DNA from: a virus
Taxonomy: Duplodnaviria; Caudoviricetes
Direction: 5' to 3' (one strand)
IMG/VR virus record: IMGVR_UViG_3300032320_000989
Coordinates: 1 to 42,936 of that record
DNA: 42,936 nucleotides
In this document: one piece after another, positions 26,764 to 36,600 of the stretch
How positions within the stretch are numbered: position 1 is the stretch's first letter
Layout: each line of letters begins with the position of its first letter
Notes under the pieces: generated by a model
The model's database searches: none
Told to the model about the DNA's origin: nothing
The model's input: the letters and a program-made list of their open reading frames with translations, nothing else
Translations under genes and position numbers: made by a program

Positions 26764-27718
26764 CGATCAGGTACCCAGCAAAAACACTATGGCTTCCGTG
26801 TACACGACTTGGTCCGCCTGCCCAGAAGAAAAACTGACTAGTATATTCTCCGGAACTCAAGTATAAATCTAAACTCATTGACACTCCGCCTGCATGATTA
26901 TTACTTGTTCCGTGCATCCACATTCCGTGAGGGTGTCTTCCGCTCCATGCTCCCAAACCACCGCTACGACTAAATCCTAAGTGAACATAGTTTGGAGTAT
27001 TGTTATCGTCGTTATAGTTATAACTTTGCCATGTTAGATGATAAAATCCGCTTACAGGTGCTGTAAATCTACCGTTGTTGTCAAAATTTGATCCGCCACG
27101 CTGATAAACGTCCCAGCCCATGCCTGAACCAATCTCTCTCCAACCATAGCCACCATAACTGTTAGCATAAGTCCATCCCGATGTTCCCATAGCGTTCCAC
27201 ATAATACTACCGTTAGTACTATCTGTACCTACAGTTTTATGTCCATTAGCATTAATACGCATACGTTCGGCGCCGGCAACAGTAAATACCACATTGTTTG
27301 CACTGTCAAAATATATACCAGTGTTTGATTGACTACCGCTTTGAATTGCTGGGGCGCCAGCACTACCGTTTGGTAAACGTAATACGCCAGTCATTGCATT
27401 ACTGTTATTATTGCTCAAAGGTGTATAACCAATGTTTGTAGTCATTGCTCCGCTGGCCATACGATCAGCAGTAATACCTGCACCTGAAGAAATATCCCCG
27501 TCTACAATAGTTCTGTATGTAACTGTTCGTCCACTTAAATCTACGCTGGCTGCTAATTGTGTAGCACCGACTGCTCCTGTACCAATTTTTGCCGAGGTAA
27601 TTGAATCTGCGGCAAATTTTCCAGTAACAACTGCATTATCAGCAACATCGCCTGCGGCAACAGAACCATCAATAATTGCCTCAGAATCTATGCGTTTAAA
27701 ACTATTATACGTTGGCAT
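26759..27718 (-). CDS. Fibre protein with a C-terminal C1q/TNF-like head, paralogue C
   Basis: N-terminal (I/V)AD.AV(T) shaft repeats, NTGIYF..ERMRI motif, NFDNNGRFTAPVSGFYHL C1q-like strand, terminal F.GYLIG. Confidence 0.75.
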   Translation of the reverse strand: MPTYNSFKRIDSEAIIDGSVAAGDVADNAVVTGKFAADSITSAKIGTGAVGATQLAASVDLSGRTVTYRTIVDGDISSGAGITADRMASGAMTTNIGYTPLSNNNSNAMTGVLRLPNGSAGAPAIQSGSQSNTGIYFDSANNVVFTVAGAERMRINANGHKTVGTDSTNGSIMWNAMGTSGWTYANSYGGYGWREIGSGMGWDVYQRGGSNFDNNGRFTAPVSGFYHLTWQSYNYNDDNNTPNYVHLGFSRSGGLGAWSGRHPHGMWMHGTSNNHAGGVSMSLDLYLSSGEYTSQFFFWAGGPSRVHGSHSVFAGYLIG

Positions 27719-27723
27719 TTAAA

Positions 27724-28665
27724 TTATCCTATTAAAAATCCGCACCATAGGCTATGGTCTGCATGGAATCTTCCAGGTCCATTAGGTTGGTAAGGTTGTG
27801 GGCTAGCCCAGTCGCCTGCGCTCATATAAAACTCCACAGGAACCATAATGCCTGGAGCATGATGGTTTGGTAATCCGTGTGCAAAAATTGTGTGCGGGTG
27901 TCTACCACTTACACCTGTATTCGGCGCACCGTTACGTCCAATGTTCCAGTGTACATATCCAGGAGTACTGTTGTTATCATTATACCAATAAGATTGTACA
28001 TAAAACCAATAATATCCCGATACAGGCGCTGTTACTCGAACGTTACTAGTAACACTGATACCGCCTTGTGTTTGAAATTGCCAACCAATACCTGTTAATT
28101 CTCTCCAACCTGCTCCACCAAATGAGTTCCAGTAGTACCACCCACCTAATCCGCAGGCAAAAAATGCAGGTCTATTAGGTTCAATAGCACGGCCGCCGCC
28201 ATCAACTAGCATCTGTTGATTGCCAGATGTGGTAATTGCTACTTGGTTAGTAGTTGGAAAATATATTCCAGCATTATCATTACCGCTTCGGCCAATCGCA
28301 TTACTACCAGTACTACCGCCGGCAAGTCTTAACTGACCACTGCTAACTGTGCCACCTGCTTTATTAACCGGTGTAAATCCTATATTGTTAACTGCCGCAC
28401 CGCTGGCCATTTTGCCGCCAGTGATAGTACTATTGGCAATGTCTGCATTCACTATAGGACGGTATGTTACTGTTTTAGCACTTAGATCTACTGAAGCGGC
28501 TAATTGTGTGGTTCCTACAGAACCGTTTAAAATATCCGCAGTAGATACTGCATTGTTATTAATTTTTGCGCTTGTAATAGAATCTGTGCCTAATTGTGTA
28601 CCAGTAATTGCACCGTCGACAATTGCTTCTGTATTGATTCTTTTAAAACTATTATATGTTGGCAT
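27724..28665 (-). CDS. Fibre protein with a C-terminal C1q/TNF-like head, paralogue B
   Basis: MPTYNSFKRI..EAI.DG start, PNRPAFFA, RVTAPVSGYYWF, terminal GFLIG. Confidence 0.75.
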   Translation of the reverse strand: MPTYNSFKRINTEAIVDGAITGTQLGTDSITSAKINNNAVSTADILNGSVGTTQLAASVDLSAKTVTYRPIVNADIANSTITGGKMASGAAVNNIGFTPVNKAGGTVSSGQLRLAGGSTGSNAIGRSGNDNAGIYFPTTNQVAITTSGNQQMLVDGGGRAIEPNRPAFFACGLGGWYYWNSFGGAGWRELTGIGWQFQTQGGISVTSNVRVTAPVSGYYWFYVQSYWYNDNNSTPGYVHWNIGRNGAPNTGVSGRHPHTIFAHGLPNHHAPGIMVPVEFYMSAGDWASPQPYQPNGPGRFHADHSLWCGFLIG

Positions 28666-28669
28666 TATA

Positions 28670-29617
28670 TTATCCTATCAGGTGTCCGCTAAAAATTTGG
28701 TGTCCAGCATGATGACGACTGTTGTAACTGTGCCAACGAATCCATACACTGCCATATTCTCCGGCATTTAATCTAAATACAGAACTTTGACAACCACCGT
28801 CGTCGTAGTTATTTCTGTTACCGTGCATGTGTATGTTATAAGGTGTGCGTCCACCAGGTAACCAATCAACGTTGCCGTTTCTAGCAATCCAAGTATGTAC
28901 ATAACTAGGAGTACTGTTATTATCGTTCAATCTGTACCACACTGTGTGAAATACATAAAATCCAGATACAGGCGCAGTATATCTTCCGTTACTAGGATTC
29001 CAATTCGAGCCGCCAGTTTGGTGTGCGGCATTATTCCAACCCATTACACCGCCACATTCAAATGTACCTGTTCCACCATAGTTACTGGCGTATAACCAAC
29101 CTGTGGTTGCTGACACAGCAAATGCTGGATGATTTGGTCTAAGAACACGACCACTGTTATTGATAACAATGGCTTCACTACCGCCGCCTGTGATTCTAAT
29201 AGCATTGGCTTCTAAACTTATACCGGTATTTGTATTACCGTCTCTAGTAATACTAGGAGCACTGGCACTGCCTGCTGGAACTGTCAATACGCCAGTCATT
29301 GTATCGCCGGAAGTATTTACTGGAGTAAAGCCTATGTTAGTTACGGCAGCACCAGAAGCAAATTTTGCTCCAGCAACAGCAGCCGATGATGATATATCAC
29401 TGTTAACTATAGGACGGTATGTTACAGTTTTACCACTTAAATCTATGGTTGCATTTAATTTTGCTGATGTAACTACTCCAGACATATCTGCGGCTACAAC
29501 AGCACCGTCTTGAATATCCCCAGTTACAATAGTTGTGTTAGCGATGTCTGCAGATTGTACAGTTAAATCAACGATTGCTTCGCTGGAAATTTTCTTAAAA
29601 CTAGAATAACTAGGCAT
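28670..29617 (-). CDS. Fibre protein with a C-terminal C1q/TNF-like head, paralogue A
   Basis: MPSYSSFKKI..EAI start, PNHPAFAV, NGRYTAPVSGFYVF, terminal FSGHLIG. Confidence 0.75.
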   Translation of the reverse strand: MPSYSSFKKISSEAIVDLTVQSADIANTTIVTGDIQDGAVVAADMSGVVTSAKLNATIDLSGKTVTYRPIVNSDISSSAAVAGAKFASGAAVTNIGFTPVNTSGDTMTGVLTVPAGSASAPSITRDGNTNTGISLEANAIRITGGGSEAIVINNSGRVLRPNHPAFAVSATTGWLYASNYGGTGTFECGGVMGWNNAAHQTGGSNWNPSNGRYTAPVSGFYVFHTVWYRLNDNNSTPSYVHTWIARNGNVDWLPGGRTPYNIHMHGNRNNYDDGGCQSSVFRLNAGEYGSVWIRWHSYNSRHHAGHQIFSGHLIG

Positions 29618-29626
29618 CTCTTATCC

Positions 29627-30238
29627 TTAAATTGTGAAGATTCTCCAACCTCTAGTTGCGTCATAGTAAACTATTTCCAATGCCGCTCCCTGTGTTGTAA
29701 TTTGTAAATCTCCTGCCTGACCCATTATTGGTTGACCGTTTCTTAATAATTGACATTGATTTGTATTAAATGTATTTGCAATATCATAAATTCGAATTGT
29801 GTCGCCTTTGGCAGGTGCCGCTGGCAACGTTATATTGATTGATGCAGATGTTGTATTAACCCACAATGCCTGGCTTGCGGCAGCGGTGTATGTTGTAGTA
29901 ACATCAACGTTAACATATCCACCAGCAACTGCGCCAGATAAAATATAATTTGTTCCGTCTGATGTTAAAAACGCCACTGTTTGATTTTGTAAAACAAAAG
30001 TCGAAGCAACGTTAGCACTGGGACCTTTAATAGTTCCGCTTGGTGTGCTAAGTGTAACTACTCCACCTGTGTTGTTATAGAACCCTTGTTGAGAACCGTT
30101 GGCCGCGGCAGGCGTAGCCAAAGTTACAGTATAGGGTGCAGTTCCTGTTAAAGTTGTAAACAGTCCTTGTGCGGGTGATGATAGGACAGCCGCACCGCTT
30201 TGAGTTGTAACTGACGCTACTGTGTTATATCGTGCCAT
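29627..30238 (-). CDS. Virion structural protein with T4 gp34 N-terminal-like repeats
   Basis: VNTT..INITLPAAP.KGD.I.I.D...F....L.RNG..IMG...DL.....LVY.D...GW motif, typical of T4-like fibre/baseplate proteins. A degenerate first copy (YTVTLATP) is also present. Confidence 0.65.
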   Translation of the reverse strand: MARYNTVASVTTQSGAAVLSSPAQGLFTTLTGTAPYTVTLATPAAANGSQQGFYNNTGGVVTLSTPSGTIKGPSANVASTFVLQNQTVAFLTSDGTNYILSGAVAGGYVNVDVTTTYTAAASQALWVNTTSASINITLPAAPAKGDTIRIYDIANTFNTNQCQLLRNGQPIMGQAGDLQITTQGAALEIVYYDATRGWRIFTI

Positions 30239-30255
30239 GTCTCATTGTTTCCTTA

Positions 30256-30585
30256 TTAAGCAGTTGATGTTTCAATACCGTAGACTGTACAGCCTACGTT
30301 TGCGGCACTTGAATACACTACAACGTTTAATCCTGCCTGTGCTACTAAACCTGTACGTTCAAAAACACCGTTGGCGATAATTGTAGTATCGTACTCTAAA
30401 TAATCTTGTACGTTTGGTGTACTAGTTGCTGCCAATGCAAGGCGTATCTGTACCGCTGTAGCGTTTCTATTAGTAATAGAAACGTTAAACACTCCGTAGT
30501 TGCCTGTAGGAACTGTATATGCTACAGTGCCTGCTCCTGTTGTTCCTGCGGGGATAGCCGCTACTCCTAATCTTCCTGTTGCCAT
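30256..30585 (-). CDS. Small virion structural protein (beta-rich)
   Basis: YTVP....V..S.TNR....IRLA..YLEYD..I..GVFERTG.V..V.VY..VYGIE pattern; GGAG RBS; lies within the structural operon. Confidence 0.65.
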   Translation of the reverse strand: MATGRLGVAAIPAGTTGAGTVAYTVPTGNYGVFNVSITNRNATAVQIRLALAATSTPNVQDYLEYDTTIIANGVFERTGLVAQAGLNVVVYSSAANVGCTVYGIETSTA

Positions 30586-30603
30586 GTTATAATTTCTCCA
30601 TTT

Positions 30604-33600
30604 TTATCTTTGCATAAAGAACGCAAGTGCAACGGGAGACCCGTCGATACCACCTGTAAAGTTCATTCTACTTGTTACGTTAATACCTTCACCTGTTGTA
30701 GTACTAATGCTGTTACCAGCAATATATATCACACCGGATGTCAGTGTATTTACGTTCAATGAGCTCTGTCCACCACCAATCTGTGCTGTAATATAAGCTC
30801 TAATTGCTCTTTGTGTTGGTACAACATTATCGCTGTCCGCTGTAAAGAACGGATCTGTACTGAATTGCGTAATAATTGCACTGTCAATACCTAATTCAAT
30901 TGAACCTAACTGCAAACTATTTAATCCGCTTAGGTTGAACGCTGACGCATTCAATGTAGCAGTACCAGTTGCCTGTTGTACTCCAAACAAGTTACCAACG
31001 TTAAAGTTACCGTCTTGGTCAGTACTTGTAAAGAACACTCGTCCACCGTTGGTAAACAGTGCCTGATTAGCCTGTATTGCTGTAGCAATATCTACATACG
31101 GATAATTTGTCTGAGTTTGATTTCCGGTACCAATGTATAGGTAATCATGGCCAGTTAAACGAACCTGACTGTATTTCAATCTTGTTGTAATAGCGTCACC
31201 GTGTCTTGGTGCATTCAATGTTGTTAGACTTGGGTTAATTTGGAACGTTGCTTTGTATGTTCCCATGTTATCTAAATCTTCAACAAAGTTTGTCACAGTA
31301 ACTAGTTTGTAGTATTCTCCAGGAATATTTGCAAATTCAACGTTTGCACCTGCTGTAGGTACTTCAGATAATCCGTAAACGTTAACAAATGTGCTTACTT
31401 GGAACAAGTCACTGTAACCGTCACCTACAGTATCGCTGGTAGCAGTTGCATTATCAGCACCTCTGTTACTGAAACTTGGATTTCCTAATGCGCCGTCACC
31501 TGTACGAGCTCTAAACGCTGCCACTTTAACCTTGTTAGGATCAGTAACGGTGAACACTGGTGCCGCACGATAAGTCATTCCTGATATAGTTGCAGTTTCT
31601 AATGTCACTGCTGTTGCACTATATTGTGTTGCACTAACTTTAAACTGTGTGCTGGTAATTGTTGAACCAATTACATAGTAAGTTTGCTCTTCAACTAGTC
31701 CGCCTGCGCTAGTTCCAAAGAACTCAACTGGTTGTCCGTCAACTAAATTCACTGTATTATCTACAGTAATTAAATTTGTTGTAACTGCGGTAGCACTCAC
31801 TGTACCGTATGGATAACCTGATCCAGGTTCTACCATACGTGTTTCTATAACTACACCCGATGCAACCTTAACACGACCTAAAGCCTGTGCACCAGTTCTA
31901 ATACTTGCGGCAATAGTTCCTGATGTATTTGAAATTGCAACCCATAATGGACGGTTGTTGATGTTACCAAACACCACAGAGTTCCAGTTACTAGAACTTG
32001 GCATTGCACGTAATGTCCAGTTAATACCGTCCGGGCTAGTAGCGGCTGTAGTGCCTCCGCTAGCCACTGCAAAGAATAGACCTTGACCGTAGCCAATTTC
32101 TGTCCATGTGGCTGCTGAAGGCAGTTGGCTTACACTTAATACCCAAGATGTACCTTTGTCATAACTTATAGCAACGTTTCTTGTTCCTGTAGCGATTGCT
32201 ACAAAACGTCCATTACCATAAACAACATGACTCCATGTTGAGCTAGTTGGCAAATTACCGCCTGCTGTCCAAGCACTGCCGTTACTCGATACTGCTGTGG
32301 CTACGTTACCTGTTGTAATTGCAACGAATGTTCCGTTACCGTAGGCTACGCCACTGTAAGTTCCTGAACCCAGTGTTGGAATTGTTCTAGTAGTCCATAA
32401 ACTTCCTGTTACACTAGAAGCCGCGCTGGCTGTACCACCAACAACTACATACACACCATTGCCGTAGGCAATTGATGTGAAGTCACTGGCTGGTAATGCT
32501 GTTCCTGCTGTCCATGCACTGGTTCCAGCAATACCAGTTCTAGTTGTGTAGGCATTGTTTGTACTACCAGTTGCAATGGCTACATAACGAGCACCTGTAT
32601 CTAATATTGTAATTGCAGGAGTAGTTGTGTAACCCTGTCCACTATAGTTAATAGTGAAACTACTGACACCAGCGTTGGTTAAACTTGGCGTTGCTACTGC
32701 TGTAGTACCAATGTATAGTAATGTGGCTGTTCCGTTAGATGCAGAACCGCTGGTATGTGTTGGCCCGGTAGTAGTTAATGTACCACCTGCGGTTACTTGA
32801 TACCAATTTTTACGGTTTGGTGTAACTGTTGTATTAGTGTAGAAAATTTTATCATTTAATGCAACAGTACCGCCTGAACTCCATGCTGTTCCTGTGTATG
32901 GATCATCAATAGTTACACTTGGTGCGCTGAAATAATTCTTACCCCAAGAATTAACTACAATATCTGTAACACGATCTGTTGCTACGCTGACAGTAGGTAC
33001 AGCATTATATCCTGAACCAGGAACTGTAACTGTTATAGTTGCAATAGCACCATTTAAAACTGTACAAGTAGCAACTGCTCCTGAGCCGCCGCTTACTGGA
33101 GTGAATACAATCACAGGAGGAGTATTAAAGCCCTCGCCGCCGTCAAATATTGTCACTGTGGCTACTTGATCTTGTGTTGCGGCGCCTGTAGTGTTAGGCA
33201 CGCCCAATACTGCTTGTAAAACTGCACCACGTCCGCCGATACCGCCAACGATTGTTGTAGCAGTTGCACCTTCTCCGCCCCCGTAGACTACATCTATCCA
33301 GTTTGCACTGGCTGGTAACACACCTGCACTAGCCCATGTTGTTCCGGTGGCGCTAAATGATGTTGTAGTCGAACTACCTCCAGATACTGCAACGTATTTG
33401 TTATCTCCAAAAGTTGCTTCAGTCCATGTGGCTGTTGCACTTAATGTTCTTGCTGTTGCTGTGTAACCAGGTGCGGCATAACTAATTTTTGGTTCGATAA
33501 TATATGTTGTGGTTAAATCTAATGCACTAACTATAGGTGTTCCTGGAACAACGTGATCCCAACCAGCAGCCAATATTGGTAATGATACAACGCCAGTTGC

Positions 33601-36600
33601 ACTGATACTTACTGCGGTGCCACCTGCACCCGTAGTACTAATTGAGAATTGTGTAGCAGTTAAACCTGAAGTTCTTACATAATATATTCTGTTTGCTTCT
33701 ACACCATTGGCCGCACTGGTAAACCAAATTGGCATGCCTGCGTATAGAGTTACTGTGCTTGGAACTGTGATTAAATTGGTTCCTGTTGTTGTTGCAGTAG
33801 CAGTTATCGAAGTGAAACTATCTTTGTAAACTTTTGCAATTTTACTTCCAGTTTCATATGTTAGAATATTAGCATACTGTCCAACACCTGTACCAGCAGT
33901 AATTTGAATACGCATACCAATATATGCGGCACTTAATGCTTGGTCTGTTGCGGCAATAGTAATTGTTGTAGCATCACCTGTCTGTGCCGCGTTGGCCGCA
34001 GTAACATAGTTAGTACCACCAACTCCGTCACCGTTGTCTAAGTCAATAACTCTAGTTTCAAATATTGCTCCATCACGGAATTCATCGCCAATCGCTGTGG
34101 CATTATAACCAGAACCATTGATTGTGTGTGATGTATTTGTGTAATTTGTACCAGCATTACCATATTCAAAACGTAATACTTCCATTACACCGTCTGTTAC
34201 AGTTTGTGTAATCTGTGCCTGAGCACCACGATTATTTAAACGTGCATATAGTGGAACTTCTTGACTGTTTACACCTTCAGCAATAACACCATAAACACCG
34301 TATGAGCTGTTACCGTTAGTAGCACGGATACGTCCACCTAGTTCTGCTAGGTACCCTGCATATGAATAGTATGCGAATACAGAAACAAGTTCTGTTAACG
34401 AATCAGCACCAGTACACCACACGCCAATACCGTCGCTTAGAATTGTTGTAAAGTCGTTCTTAACCATTGACTTGTTACCGCCGGCATGTAGACTAGAATC
34501 AATCTTAGCACCGGTACAGCCATAACCAAACATAGTTACGTTCTGACTATAATGCGAACGTGTCTGTACCCATACTTTGCTGTCGTTTGGACCAAATCCT
34601 GGGTTCAATGCTACATAAGCACCGGCAGTTGGTCGCTTGGTTCCGTAGGCATTTTCGTCTGATAGATCACCTTCTAATCCTCTTAGAGTGCAGTTACGTA
34701 AGCCAGTTGCGTTGCTTACATGGAACATGTCGCTCATTTCAGAACCTTTAACAGCATTGTTGTACAATACTGCGCTTCTAGCAGATTTATAATTACCTGG
34801 CCAGTTCAAGTCGTATATGATTGAACTGATATATTCTCTCATGTCTCTCTTACATGCGTCTTCATCAAATGAGTATGCTGTCTGCATTACACCAGTACTG
34901 GTTGTTAATGCTACTGGTGTTGTTGAATCTACCATTTCGCCAATAGTAAATGTAGTTGTAGTTGGTGTTGTTAATACATAGTACTGAACACCATATGAAA
35001 TGCCACCCCATGCGGTACCAATAGTAACACCGGCAAGTCCTGTGGCAGTACCTGGATCAATTGCTGGACCTCCTACACTGCTACTTACTTTAACTGTTGT
35101 TGGGTTTACTACTGCTTGAACATAGTAAATTCCTGCTGTTAATGTTCCAAGACCTGTACCAGTTACTACAAATCTCATATTAGTAGTAACGCCCGCCGCA
35201 GTTCTTAGTGTAACATTCTTTGTTCCGGAATCAACTGCTTCAATTAATGTAGTAAGTTCTGTAGAACTAAATGTAACAGGATCTCCTACAGTTAATCTAT
35301 GAGATGCAGATGTTGTAAATTCATCAGTGGTTGCATCTGTTGATGTAACTGTGCCTCCAAACTGACTCTTGATCCATGCTGTGGCTTCGTTTTCTAAGAA
35401 AGTACTGTTATTTCTTAAAATTTCAGCGGCATTGATAATGCCAACGTCATTCATATATGACAATGTACCGTTGACTTCTGGAGTTTCTCCTACACCTTTG
35501 TCAATAATATCAATAATAATTGACATCATCTTTCTAACGTATGTTTCAGCATCAGCATTGTTGTCAATAACAGCGGCAACTAACTTTTTCATGTATCTAA
35601 ATGCTTGTAGAGTTGCACGTTTTTGATCATCAAGCACTACACTGGCTTGTGCTTGATAGTAACTCATACCTGCTTTTACTGAACGGAAATTGCTGTTCAT
35701 CATTAAGTCATAACGAATAGCATCAATGATATATCCAACATCGCGACTGCATGTTGCAGAATTGTAATTTAAATTTGGATAGTTATCTGTAATGTAAGTA
35801 ATAACATTATTTTGAATTGTTGATTTGTTTACTGATAATAATGTATTTTGATTTACTAAATTAGCAGTTACCCAACTTGTTCCTGGTAGGTTTGTAATCT
35901 CAACTGCAATACTTAACCCGGTTCCGTTGGTGAATGTTGCTATTGCTGTTCCGTTATATGTTGCAGCCAATCTAAATTGTGTACTGGTTAAACCAGCACT
36001 GATAACATAATAAGTAGTTCCGCTTACTAGGCCGTTAGCAGTAGATTGTGCAATAACTTCGTCGCCTGCACTTAATCCGTGTGTACCCGCTGTGAATGTA
36101 TTATTAGTTGCAATCGCAGTAATTGTTACACGAGGTACACCAGTGGTCAATCCATTATTGATAATGTTAGTGATAATATCCATTAATGCACCAACTCTTG
36201 TAGCACTTGCGGCATCTCCTGCAAAACCAACCGGTGTTCCAGTATATGATGTGCCTACTTGTAACGGTGTATAAGAACTTAATCCACCGTTGGCAATGTC
36301 TTGTAACGCAGTTTTCAAGTTACCGTAAGCGGCTAATGTGGCCGCTTTATCTGCGGCATCAATTTGTAATGCACTGGTCAATCTTGAGTAGTAGGCTATA
36401 CCTGCCTGCTTACTAGCAAAATTGCCGCCGTAGACCATGTCATAGCGTAAGGCATCAATGATGTATCCAACATCTCGAGCACAGGCTGTTTGACTGTATT
36501 CTATTGATGGATAGTTAGTTGTAATATATTGCAGTGTTTCTGCTTGTAAAAATTCTGAGTTTTCCCAGATTAATTTTGCCGCGGCAAAATCTTGTGTGTC

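Noticed and set aside
26759-29617. Eukaryotic origin of the C1q-like genes, or collagen substrates for the P4H-like enzymes
   Set aside because: The genes are intronless, in a phage operon, and have phage-type shafts. No Gly-X-Y collagen tract is present in any protein in this window.
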